From positions 1 to 33,470 of the forward strand of contig JBJCIZ010000450.1 in assembly GCA_051294375.1 (NCBI GenBank): a stretch of 33,470 nucleotides of DNA, read 5' to 3'. Both the position numbers and the translations under genes were made by a program. The stretch comes from Paraspadella gotoi. Lineage: Eukaryota; Animalia; Chaetognatha. Below are positions 10,628 to 22,775 of this stretch, one piece after another. How positions within the stretch are numbered: position 1 is the first letter of the stretch; the number at the start of each line of letters is the position of its first letter. The notes beneath the pieces were generated by a model. That model made no database searches. It saw only the letters and a list, made by a program, of their open reading frames with translations, and was not told where the DNA came from.

Positions 10628-11228
10628 GCTAACAATAAAATTTGTTGTTGCAAAAAGAAATTCTTTTCTCCTCTACAATAAAATAATTCATTAGAAAAAT
10701 TATTTCATTAAGTAGGTTAAAAATTTAAAAATATATTTAAGTGGCACAAGGCTTTTTCCCAGGTGGATCTTTACCAGATCCAAAAATGTCTCACTCTACA
10801 ATCATATCTTCTCAGCCTATGACAAGCCAATGACCCGATTCTATTGCCAACGTCCAACTTTTTCCCGGCTGGGGGGGGAGCCAGCTCATTTTGAGCCTTT
10901 TCTCTACTTAAATTCACTAACTCTTTACTTACCTATCCCTCACCATCATTTAAATTTCAACCTTTAAACACATTAATTTATTAATTTATTATTAATCTCA
11001 TATATCATTGTTGTACATTGTCAAATTTAAAGAATTTTTTTTCTCTTTCTCTCTCTCTCTCTATTTCAAATTTCACCTAACTTACTCCTTCTTTGTCCTT
11101 ACCTTTACTTGTCCTCACATCTGACCACTATCCTTTACTCAATTCTTTGTTGAAACTCTCTCTCTCTCTCTCTCTTTTTTCTCTCTCTCTCTCTCTAACC
11201 TAATGTTAAAAGAGAAAACATGTTTGAT

Positions 11229-11277
11229 TGTCAAAACGCTGATGAAGACTAACTGCAGAGTCGAAACATGTCTGACT
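11229..11277 (+). ncRNA. Minimal type I hammerhead ribozyme motif (PLE/retrozyme type), intact core
   Basis: CTGATGA (11239-11245), extra A, stem II GACT-AACTGCAG-AGTC, GAAA, palindromic ACATGT, GTC triplet (predicted cut after 11272). Its own stem I (GTCA/TGAC) is offset by 5 nt. Confidence 0.8.
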
Positions 11278-11377
11278 AACAAATTGTCTAAATATAATTT
11301 GTTGATAAATAATTCAAAAACTGTTTTTCCTCTAAATTTTTTTTGCAAAAAACAACGATTTTTATTGTCAATAATAA

Positions 11378-11408
11378 AAAGAACATGTTTCAAGTCTTCA
11401 TCAGCTTT
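11378..11408 (-). ncRNA. Antisense hammerhead remnant with deleted stem II
   Basis: The minus strand reads AAAG-CTGATGA-A-GACTT-GAAACATGTT-CTTT; stem I (AAAG/CTTT) is intact. Confidence 0.6.
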
Positions 11409-11541
11409 ATCTTACCAAAATTTCTCTATAACATAGAGTCGAAACATGTCCTGTTATTAATGACAATAAAATCGTTGTTTGTGCCAAAAAAATAAAAAAA
11501 TTTCCCTAACCAAAAATGAGATTTTTATATATCAAATAAAG

Positions 11542-12280
11542 TTTTTAGCCGGATCTGCTTACAGCATATTCTGGCTCTCTAATCCACTTTGTTGGGCCGC
11601 TCGGTCCCACCCCAAAATCTTGCGGTGAGACACTTACATCATCTCAGAATATTAAATTATTTTAAATTATGCAAAAAAATTGAGGTCCGTCCATACGTCC
11701 ATCCATCCATGCCCGGTTAGCTTTGAATGCCAATTACTCATGAGTGGATTGGGCGATTGACTTGAAATTTTGTATGTGGTAGGAAAGTGTGTAATTAGCA
11801 GGAAATCAAATTTTTGGAATCGTTACAACTAGAAATGATTTAAAAAAAAAAAAAAACCAGTTACATTTTATTTAATTTTTTTTTTTTTATTTAGTTAGAT
11901 GGATGGATTAGAATGAATATTGTATGTGGGTAGGAGTGTGTGATTGAGGCCGGAAATCAAGTTTTATGGAATCGTCGCAAGTGGAAATCGAGTTAAAATG
12001 GAAAAAAACAAAATCTATTTTACTATTTGATTAATGTTTTTTCTAATTTTATGCATTATTATTAATAAATTATAAATTAATTAGATTATTAAATTATTTT
12101 AAAATTAATTTATTTATTTAATTTTTCTCGAAAATTTTGTGATTGAGAGGCCAGACGAAGTAGAAAGCCTATTTTGATCCAAAAATTATATTAATTAATT
12201 AAATAAATAATACATAATTATCTGCAGGCTTACTGCTATGATCGTGGTCAAATCCCGCATTGTTATTTCAAACTTTTTTA
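11542..12280 (+). mobile_element. Helentron-associated / DINE-1-like non-autonomous element
   Basis: Starts in a T-run. 5' GCCGGATCTGC folds with the nearby TCTGGCT; (CCGT/CCAT)n at 11685-11710; degenerate internal repeats of TTGAAATTTTGTATGTGG...GGAAATCAA...GGAATCGT; degenerate 3' subterminal IR GTCAAATCCCGC at 12247-12258 (GCAGATCTG form at related ends). Confidence 0.65.
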
Positions 12281-13142
12281 AATTTTTAACCCACTTATGA
12301 AAACAATTTTCAAAATGATTTATATTCTTTTATCAACACAAGATTTCATGGCACGTATTCATGGTCTCCAGAATAAAGAAAATAGGCATAATGAAATATT
12401 GTATCAGCAATTTACAGTTAGGTACGGGGAGTGATACCGATAGGAAATGATGACAGTGTTCATAGAGGAAAATTATCTTATTTGCTAGATTAAGAAAAAA
12501 CCTATTCACTGTGTGCTAGCGATGAAGTCTCAGTGGGAAATCGGGAGGAGCGTGAAAATTAGAATAGAGAAAGATACCATTAAATTCAAACATGATTATG
12601 AAGTGTTGATCAAGGAAGGATTCTTTTAAGAAAAAAAAAAAATGCGTTTTTTACGTACACAGGTGAGTAGTGAGTTCTAATAAAGATTTTAATATGACAC
12701 TCATATTATGTGATTTATAATATGCCAAGTATAGCGTAGTGGCGAATTATTGGTTCATCTATACTTAGTCTCAGACAAAACAGTGGTTATAGTAATGGAA
12801 TATAGATTGATTTAACCGACAAAAAGAATTCTGTATGAAAAAAAATAAATGGAATAGAATAATATTATAATTATCACACAAGGTGTACCTACAATCACTC
12901 AATTGTGTTGTGTACCATTATTTTATTAATACCATGCCTTACAAATCATTAATCCATCCACAAAATACTCCAATCGATATGATAAGTAAGAATGTATTAG
13001 CAAGAATTGACCTAAGAAATATTATGAAAATATTTAGCATATGACTCAATTTGAATATTATATTTACTTGACATTTTTTCCCAGAGCAGATTTCCATAGG
13101 GGCCATGAAAAATGCATTGCGCGATTTCTGTATTTTCCATTT

Positions 13143-14218
13143 TCAGTTGCAAAAGCCTGAATAAGATAAAAGGTAAGACTTGTGTTGAAAAAATCTTGAA
13201 AATCATAAACTGTGTAATGTGCAAATCTAATATATTTTTCCTTGTGATCGGTTATCCATAAGAGAAATGAAGTAAGGTCTATGTTTCCTATGATAATGTA
13301 ATAATATTTCGCGTCGTCAACGTAATGCGATCTCAAAGTCATATTCTTCTTCGGCATGAAACTTTTTATTTAATTCTTTCTCTCTAAACAAAATATGCTT
13401 ACCAGTTCGACGAGAGTGTGAAGTATATATATACATAGGTCTTTGAAGCATTTAAGTGAGAAAGAAGAAATGCGCGCGCACCTCGTAAAAATAGAACAAT
13501 AAAACTCGAACTGTAGAATCTAGAAAGTACCTTGGTATGAGTATGACCAAACGAGATATGGAGACAGATAAGAGGTTCCCGATACGAAGAACACCAATGA
13601 CATGAGGATTTTCCAGGAGGAAAATGGGAAATAAGAGCATTGATGAAGAAAATATGTGAAGGAACAATGCAAATGAAAAAAAAAAGTATTTAAAATTAAG
13701 GAGTTAGGGTGTTTTAATGAATGAGGCAGGCTTTGACATTTTACTATAAAGAAAGATGATGTGAGTGTTTGGTGAGGTTAAATTTAAATATGGTGAAAAG
13801 AAGCCTGTGGTTTTGAAATAATTTAATGGGAACGCGATTGATAACGGGAATGGTCCAAGGGCGCATCTGCTGCATGTCTTTATATGTGCGATTTAAATTT
13901 AGGCCAAGTTGCTGCAATCAGGTGCTGACGACATTACAAGGTAACTTACCGCGCGATTCACTTGTTTGAACAAAATATTATATTTTCCCTTTTATATTTT
14001 ACTATGTACCTTTCCATTCCTTTTTTCCTTTTATTCGAAAGAAATCTTTCGTGTCTCTATGCCAAGGATTTTTTACGGCTTTGACACTTGAGGGAGGAAC
14101 AATCGGTGAGAGGAGGAAGGATATAGATGACGTAGCCTCGACTGGCAATTTGACCATCTCCAAAACTCAGAGCCACCAGTACAAACTAAATAAAAACCGC
14201 ATACTGCTTGCTTTCTAT
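13143..14218 (-). pseudogene. Cys-rich peptide gene, copy 1, heavily garbled (probably low-quality read sequence)
   Basis: Anchors homologous to 21942-22546 (signal-peptide exon at 14145-14220, AACTTACC donor, CAAAATATGCTTAC, TTCAG..GCAAAAG) are separated by unalignable extra sequence. Confidence 0.6.
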
Positions 14219-16118
14219 GATGCAGATTTACTGCAAAAAATTTTAGTGAAATATATTTTAATGATTATTTGAAGAAAATGAGTATATATTTCTGATAGTA
14301 GAAAACTTTAAAAGCAATATTTACAATCAGACATAGAATAAGGCTATTTCTCGACTTGATTGTTTTATATCCTGGCATTATAGGTATGTTACCATAGAAT
14401 TTTGTTTAGGAAATATTTTTAAAAATCTGGAAAAATTGCTACTTGGTTCAGTCGATTAGGAGAAGAGCTTCAGATAAAAAGTGCAAATTTATATACACTT
14501 TGAAAGGAAAACTCGCCATAAGCTGACAGCCTTAGGTTGTTAAAAAAAATCATGTGGTCGGAAAAAGGATTTGACACATTAAGAAAAGGTACTCAAATAA
14601 GAGTTAAGAACATATGTATATTGTTACATTATTTAGTAATTGGAGAATCTAATTTAATTTATTTTTACTTTGCTCATTGCTCAACCGAGTTGAGTCAGTG
14701 GGTGAAAATTCAGATTGGGAAGTAAAACTCAAAAACTTCAATGGATTGATAGATTGATTGATGATTAATTAATTATCTGATCAGATCTGGCATTGTTTCT
14801 CAAACTTGATTGTATAAAAAAAATTTTAAAAAATACGATTTTTTCCTCTTTTCGTCATGACAAAAGCAGCGACGACCATGATGACAATGCCAAATGATTG
14901 ATTGCTTTTTTAATTATTTAATTAAGTTATTAATTAAATAAATATTTTTTTTATTGATTGATAAAACAATTGATTGATAAATTAATAGATAAATTAATTG
15001 ATTGATTGTTTAATCATTTGATAAGTTTATTGATTAATTGNNNNNNNNNNNNNNNNNNNNNNNNNATAACTCATGACGACCTATCACGACAGAGAGAGAA
15101 TGTTTTCTACTTTAACCAAATTTCTCTATACTAAGGTAAGTATTTTTTATATTGTTTATCAAAAGCAATACACAATTATATTCGTATATCAAGCTTAAAT
15201 CTTAAGCTTACTTTTTGAGAATAGTTTTATTTATCTTTGATTGATCCATATTTTTGAAGATATTACTATCAAAATATTGTTATCAAATTTCAAATTTTTT
15301 TTGGGTTATTCATAAAAAGACGGCTTCAAGCACAGATTACTTACCTAGTAAAGAGAAATTTGGTAAAGTAGAAAAATCTCCAAATATGCAAATGAGATTA
15401 TGCTTATTTTAATTTAAATTTTTGAGACTACCAGCAGATAAAATATGCTTTGGCTATTTTATGGTTAAAAAATCAATCCAATTCTCGGCATATTTTAGGT
15501 ATAAATGACAATTTAATTTTGTTATTAAAATTTTGATTGGTCACAATTTTTTTTTTAAATGACCGAAACTCATATATGTTGTAGAGCTACAGAAGGCACA
15601 TCTATGATTATAATAGTAAAGCATAACATTCACTAATATAAGAGTTATGACTGATTAAAAAATTGACACATTTAAAATATTTCCCTTAATAAAATCCTAA
15701 TAAAACTGTTTGAATTTCATTCATATTCTTAGCATAACACTAGTCCTATACCATACGGGTCACTAGTTTCACAATCAGTCTATACCCAAATAGTTATAAA
15801 ATGTTAATACAGTCTTTATTGAACTACTCCTCCGTAAAAAACGGATTTTTATTTTCTTAAAGATATTCTTGATCATCAGTTATAACCACGTTGAGTTAAA
15901 TATTATTACTTTAGTTAGTTTGATAAATCCATACAATAGATGAGCATTTTTTGAACTGAAAATTCTAAACCAGCTCAACCTTAATCCGACAACATAACTT
16001 CGTAATGTCAATTCCCTTATGGTATCGCAAAGCCCCGTACAACTTTAATTTATATTCACAAGTGAATAGGCATTCTTTTTTGATAAAGAAAATAAAATAA
16101 TTTTACATGTGTTATTGT

Positions 16119-16689
16119 CTTTCATTCGATGTGTATGAGATCTCCCTACAAGACGCTTCCAAACTGGTGGAACGCCCGCACCACACAACTCTCAGGTATC
16201 TCCCTGTCCCTCTCAACACGTCACCGCCGATGACAACAACACACTGCCACACAAACAATAGATGCCAATACCTCCCCTCTCCTGCTAGCAACTCAGCTCC
16301 CCGCTCCTAAGGCCCAGGAGCGTTGCCAAAAACGATGGCTGACAGAAGGGAGGATTGAGAGTTGTAACTCCCATTCCATCTGGATCACTCCCAGATCGAC
16401 TTGTTCCACACTCCATCACAAGCCTCAGCCATGACACGCCAATCGACCCGTTACACTCGCCAAACCCCATCCCCATTCGCCACCCCCTCCGCGCGGGGCC
16501 GTCAGCTCATTCTTGAGCTCTTTCTTTCTCTTTATCCCTATAATTACATATCATCTCTTCAAAATCACACTTCTTATTCTTAAAAAAAATTCTCACCTTT
16601 TTAGTTCTCAAAACTTAAAACTGCACATAACTAACTTTAGTCTATTATTTATTTAGTTTGGTCTTTATTTCTTATCATTGTTGTACATT
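16119..16689 (+). mobile_element. Module A, third copy (putative PLE 3' fragment)
   Basis: Indel-rich match to 1-579. Confidence 0.4.
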
Positions 16690-19600
16690 AGACGCTCCCA
16701 GAAATACCTATGCATTTATGAAAGTTCTGAACCCTGCAAAGTATTCTTTGTGCAAAATTTCGATAGAGAAACGATTCACAATAAAATTTCCCTGAATGCT
16801 TTTTATGGTTTTCCACACGCCCCAGTTTTTATGGCTTTCCGGTTTTAAAAAATCCCATTAATCTCTAAGGAAAAAAATGAGCTTTTTTTCGCCCCCTGGC
16901 ATACTTTAATTAACAAAATAAAGTCTCCTACTAACCTTATTCTACTAAATTCTTATGCCTTGTGGTTCTTATAAAAGTTATGATCTACGAAACGCAATTC
17001 AAATTAAATTAATAGTTTTTTTTAAGCCAAATCGTCCCCTAACCAAATACTCATATCATTCTAATAAATTTTATAAGAAAGTAAGATTGGTTGTACAATA
17101 AACTCTCTAAGGATTTTAAATATTTAATCTTAAGCACCAAGCATATTGGCCTCTTAAGTTTGCTAAATGATAGCAAAAAAAATAGTGAATTAGATAGGCT
17201 TTGGCCTTTGTGGCAGCAAGCTCCACTCAACCTTAACACTAAACCCAGGTCATAATAAGTCTTCTCAGCTCAGACTTCCAGCAAGCTACTTTGATACCTT
17301 AATGTTTAACAATAGCAATTATGGTTTTCATCGCATCAATATTTGGTTATCAATCGTCATCAATACATTTGGTCTATCCGTGCACCTTTGTTATCATCGC
17401 ATCAATATTTGGTTATCATTGAAGGGAGCTCGATCCTATTCTTTAAGACTTTCTTTAAAGAATAAGTTCCTAATAAATGTTATTTTTAGTTTTTAGTGCT
17501 TATACTCTTGAAATAATGGAAACTACAATGCAATCTGCTTTTAAATTTGTTATTGTCTCTATTCTACAAATAATGAACTTATGTAATACAGATTTAAACC
17601 TTAAAATTAGCTAATCAAATCCTTGAAAGCAATTAAACAAACTCGAATTGACACCTCAGTTAAAAGAGTAATATAATCGAATTTTCTCACATAACCCTCA
17701 AAGTCCGTTACTCGATCACCTCTCTATTTCTTTTTCTTCTTTTTTATCTCTCTCGTCACTTTCTCTCTCTTTTCTATCTCTTTCACTTTTTTTAATTTTC
17801 AATATCTTCTCTGTCTCTTGAAACAAAAGTCGAAACATGTTCATATGTTTAAAATATAAAAAATTGTTATAGAAATCAAATCGTTTTTTTTTCTTTAAAA
17901 CATTTAATTAAAATAATTATATTTAACGGGACGAGGTATTTTTATAGCTGTTCCAGGCAAATATAATCTTATGTTCTTGATTTCCATTATCCTAAAGCGC
18001 CCTCCAAAAATGTTCAGTTCGCTTTCCCAGACAAAAGATGTTTTAAAGTACAGTTCTTTGTAAGTTTGAATGAAATTTTTGCTTGTGTGTAGAAAAGTGT
18101 GTTATCTGAGCTGGATATACAGTTTCAAATGGAATCGTCCAAATAAAAATGAGTAAAAATGGGAAAAAAACTTTTTTATTTATTGATTTAGCTTTTTTTC
18201 ATATGTAAATGTAATAAAGCTGCAATAAGTAATTGATTAATTATATTGATTAATTAATTATTTTATATTTATTTGTTAATTAATATTTTTTTTATTTATT
18301 TATCTATTAAAGGAAATAATTATATAATAATTGTTTATTTTTCAAACTTTTTTTTAATTTTTTTTAACAATTAGAACGATGGTCTCAAATAATTTAATGG
18401 GAATTAACAAAATTGTTATCAAAGAATAATAATAAAATAAGAAAATAGCATATTTTAACCGATTTCATTGCCAGAAAAATCTTTTCATACTCAAATTCTT
18501 GCCGACAAACCAAATTCTTTGTTCGAGCTCTGATCAGATTTCCTTCATCATCACGCGCCCTCTCAAAACATCTGCACTTTTGCTTTCAGAGATAAAAGAC
18601 AACTAAAATACAGTTCTCGAAGTTTTTACAAAAAACTTTTAGTTAAAAAAAATTGTTTCATTTGAAAAAAAATAGTCGAAAAATATAAATATTAAAATAA
18701 TCTAAAAATATCAAAATAAAATCTATTAAGTTAAAAAATTTTCTTGTTTCAGTTCATTTCTGTAGAAATTATTTATATAAAATTTTATTTTTTTTATTTT
18801 TTTAGTTGGCAGCAACACTAGAAAAAAATTAAAAATTTGTTTTCATTCCTATTTTCTTTTTTCAATAAGTAAATCATTAACATAAATAAACTAATAAATA
18901 CCCTAATCCTCAGCCTAATTTCAAACACCCAGTCTTTAAAAAAAGCAAGTTTGAGCAAACAATATCAGATCTGCCCACGATCATTAGTGATAATTAATTA
19001 ATTAATTAATTAATCTGTTACAAACATTAATTAAAATAATTTTTTTACACATTAATTAATTAATAAATTAATTGTTTGCACAAACTTGATTGATTGATTG
19101 ATTGATTGATTGACTTTGTTCTTTCTCTTTTCTCTTTTCTCTTTTTCTTTTCTCTCGTCTCATTTTTTATTTCCTTCTTCCTTTCTTTCTTTCTTTTCTT
19201 TTTTTCTTTCTTAATTTGTTTTTTTTTTATGTTTTTTCATATCTTTCTTTCTCTTCTCTCTTTGAGAGAGAGAGAGAAAGAGAACAGGGAGAGAGAGAGA
19301 GAGAGAGAAATAGAGAGAGAGAGAGAGAGAGAAAGAAATAAAGACAGAAAAAGAGAGAGAGAGAGAGAGAGAGATAAGTGGCCCATTGTCTCGTCCGTCC
19401 ATGTAATTGGGGCAGGGATATGCCGGAATAAAATCCCCGGCGAAGGACCGCCGCAGGGCGTTGTGGGGTGAACTTATAGTTAGCTTCCCACAAACTGCGT
19501 GAATTTTAAAAGTTTAATCTCGCAAGGATATGGCCGCGCGTAATATCTCATTCCTCTCCTGCTCAAACTTACCCTGTCCTCACTGACCACTCTACTTTTT

Positions 19601-20324
19601 TTAATTCTTTGTTGAAAACTTTATTTTCTCTCTCTCTCTTTCTCCACTGTTTACTTGTGAAACAAATTTGTCTCCTTTCACAAACCAAAATCAGCACTGA
19701 AGAACTTGTACACAAGTCAAAACATGTTCGTTCTGCTCACAATAAAAATCGTTGTTGGCAAAAAGAATTCTTTTCACTCTTAAATAAAAAATCTATTAGA
19801 AAATTATTCATTAAGTAGGTTAAAAATTAAAACAATATAATTTAAGTGGCACAAGGCTTTCTTCCAGGTGATCTTACCAGTCCAAAATGTCCACTCTACA
19901 ATCATATCTTCTCAGCCTTGACAAGCCAATGACGCGATTCTATTGCCAACGTCCAACTTTTTCCCGGCTGGGGGGGAGCCCAGTCATTTTGACTCTTTTC
20001 TCTACTTAAATTCACTAACTCTTTTACTTACCTATCCCATCACCACTCATGTTAAATTTCAACCTTTAAACCATTAATTTATTATTATTATTAAATCTCA
20101 TATATCATTGTTTGTACATTGTCAAATTTAAAGATTTTTTTTCTCTTTCTCTCTTCTCTCTCTTTCAAATTTCACCTAACTTACTCCTTTCTTTGTCCTT
20201 ACCTTACTTGTCCTCACATCTGACCACTATCCTTTTACTCAATTCTTTGTTAGAAACTCTCTCCTCGTCTCTCTTTACTTCTCTCTCTCTCTCTAACCTA
20301 ATGTTAAAAGAAGAACATGTTGAT

Positions 20325-20375
20325 TGTCAAACGCTGAATGAAGACTAACTGCAGAGTCCGAAACATGTCTGAACT
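20325..20375 (+). ncRNA. Hammerhead motif, copy II (single-base insertions, likely read errors)
   Basis: CTGA(A)TGAAGACTAACTGCAGAGTC(C)GAAACATGTC, equivalent to 11239-11272. Confidence 0.65.
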
Positions 20376-20635
20376 AACAAATTGTCCTAAATATAATTGG
20401 TTGATAGAATAATTCAAAACTGTTTTTTCAAATTTTTTGAAAAAAACAACGATTTTTATTGTCAATAATAAAAGAAATGTTTCAAGTCTATCATGCCACG
20501 TTATCTTTAGTACAAAATTTCTCATAACAGAGTCGAAATGTCCTGTTATTGAATGACAATTAAAAATCGTTGTGTTTTGTCCAAAAAAATTAAAAAATTT
20601 CCTAAACCAAAAAAGATTTTTATTATTCATAAAGT

Positions 20636-21375
20636 TTTTAAGCGCGGATCTGCTTACTAGCATATTCTGGCTCTCTAATCCCACTTTGTTGGGCCCGTCG
20701 GTCCCACCCCAAAATCTTGTCGGTGAAACACTTACATCATCTAGAATATTAAATTATTATAAATTATGCAAAAAAATTGAGGTCCGTCCATACGTCCATC
20801 CACTCATGCCCGGTTAGCTTTGAATGCCAATTACCATGAGTGGATTGGGCTGATGACTTGAAATTTTGTATGTGGGGTAGGACAAGTGTGTAATAAGCAG
20901 GAAATCAATTTTGTTGGAATCGTACAACTAGAAATGATTTTAATAAAAAAAAAAAACCAGTTACATTATTTAATTTTTTTCTTATTTTATTTAAGTTAGA
21001 TGGATGGATAGAATGAATTTGTATGTGGTAGCGAGTGTGTGATTGGAGGCCGGAAATCAAGTTTTATGGAATCGTCCCAAGTGAAATGAGTTAAAATGGA
21101 AAAAAACAAAATCTATTTACTATTTTGATTATGCTTTTTCTAATTTTATGACTTATCTATTAATAAATATAATTAATAGTTATTAATTATTTTTAAATAT
21201 TATTATTTATTTATATTTTTGATCAAAATTTTGTGATTGAGAGGCCAGACGAAGTAGAAGCCATTTTTGATGCCAAAAATTATATTAATTAATTAAATAA
21301 TAATAATTAATTATCTGGTCAGCTGCTTACTGCTATGATCGTGGTCAAATCCCGCATTGTTATTTCAAACTTGTT
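20636..21375 (+). mobile_element. Helentron-associated / DINE-like element, copy II
   Basis: Equivalent of 11542-12280. Confidence 0.6.
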
Positions 21376-21941
21376 TTAAATTTTTAACCCACTTATGAAA
21401 CAATTTTCAAAATGATTTATAATTTCCTTTTATCAAAAGAATGCCTATTTCATGCCTAACATAATTTAATTTACAATTTTGTAGTTCATAAATTGACTTT
21501 TAGAATTTTCAGTTAAAAAAAACTATTCATTGTATTGATATATCGGACTAACTAAAGAAGATACCATTTAAATTCAACATGATTATGAAGTGTTGATCAA
21601 GGAAGATTCTTTAAGAAAATAAAAAATGGTTTTTTTACAGTAGTTATTCTTAATAAAGATTTAATAACTATTTAATATATGCAATTTTAGGCATTATGTA
21701 TCTTCTTTCTCCAAAAGTTATTGGAAATGATTCAAATCTGAAAAATGAATAATAAACAAATTAAAAACAATTCATTTAGTACATTTTGTAATTACAGCCT
21801 TAATATTATTCAAAAATTATGATTGAATATGTAGTAGAGGAATAGAATATTATAAATATTTAGCATATGACTTCAATTTTATTTATATTTATTACATTTT
21901 TTGGGTCATGATGAAAAATCATTGCCATCTGGATTCCATTT

Positions 21942-22546
21942 TCAGTGCAAAAGCTGAATAGATAAAAGGTAAGACTTGTGTGAAAAAAAATCTAAAATCA
22001 TAACTTTTCATAGTAAATAAAATTTGTGAAGTATATAAAGATGAAGTAGTCTATGTTTCTAGAAATGTTATTAAATTCCTGTCATGGTAATGCCACTCAA
22101 GTTCATATTCTTCTGATGAACTTTTTAATTTTTTTCTAAACAAATATGCTTACATTTTCGCAATTGTATTTTTTTGCCCGACATCAAAATCCTTGTGAGT
22201 TTCGCCACAATGGAAAAGCGGCCGGACACCGATATTCACTTGTAGAAAAGTGACAGCTGAATAAACAAATAAGTTGTTTTTTAATGGCGTTTAACATTTA
22301 TAAAATATGAGTTTTGTAGTAAATATAAAGTATGTAGAAAGAACCTGCTTTTGAAATAATTATGGATGATAGATGTCAAGCCCTCAATTTCAAATTTAAA
22401 TAAGCACAGTGAAAACTTACCCGCAGTATTGTTCACAATTATAATAAATGCTCCGCCAGGCCAAGATTCACGGGATTATTGCTCGCATTTGACATCTCCA
22501 AAACCAGCACAGTACAAACTAATAAAACCGCAACTGTTGCTTTCAT
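21942..22546 (-). CDS. Secreted cysteine-rich, defensin-like peptide gene A (coding exons 22546-22421, 22256-22154, 21953-21942)
   Basis: ATG then MKATVAVLLVCTVLVLEMSNA (signal-peptide-like). GTAAG donors and TTCAG acceptors are conserved across copies. With indel correction the mature part reads SNNPVNLGPGGACYYNCEQYCG|CHFSTSEYRCSGPLCHCGETHKDFDVGQKNYNCEN|LLH*. The frame join needs error correction. Confidence 0.7.
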
Positions 22547-22769
22547 GATGAAATTTGACTGAAAAATTTTATGAAATATTTTTTAATGATTATTAAAAAT
22601 GTATATATTTCTAGTAAAAACTTTAAAGCATATTTTAAATCAGACATAGAATAAGTATTTCGATTTTTTTATTCCTGGCATTAAGTATTTCCGATTTTGT
22701 TTAGGAAATATTTTTAAAATCTGAAAATTGTACTTGTCATCGATTAGAGAAACTTCAGATAAAAGTCAA

Positions 22770-22775
22770 TTTATA
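22770..22775 (-). promoter_or_regulatory. TATA box of peptide gene A
   Basis: TATAAA upstream of a short non-coding first exon; same position in the other copies. Confidence 0.55.

Larger units (their letters stand above)
10440..11510 (+). mobile_element. PLE-like pLTR remnant cluster: partial direct repeats (10440-10700 and 11085-11340) flanking module B (10756-11020), then an inverted pLTR-like pair
   Basis: Repeated CTGACCACT...TTCTTTGTTGAAA...hammerhead blocks; ~50 bp inverted arms at 11345-11391 and 11441-11485. Tandem and inverted hammerhead-bearing repeats are typical of PLEs. Copies at ~19550-20600 and ~30885-31960. Confidence 0.65.
788..16118 (+). repeat. Segmental repeat copy I (~9.2 kb plus a 6.16 kb LTR insertion)
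   Basis: 788-2509 joined to 8673-16118 is collinear with 16119-25680, except that the equivalent of ~23830-25370 is missing. Confidence 0.9.

Noticed and set aside
10730-10790. Chromodomain plus PPT (YL-KW-G…W…GGG) in module B
   Set aside because: It needs several frame changes, no TG-starting LTR follows the G-run, and the hammerhead context favours a PLE.
15066-15340. ~200 bp local inversion relative to 23305-23490
   Set aside because: It abuts an N gap, partly duplicates the adjacent sequence as a fold-back, and is flanked by unalignable bases; most likely a read or assembly artefact.
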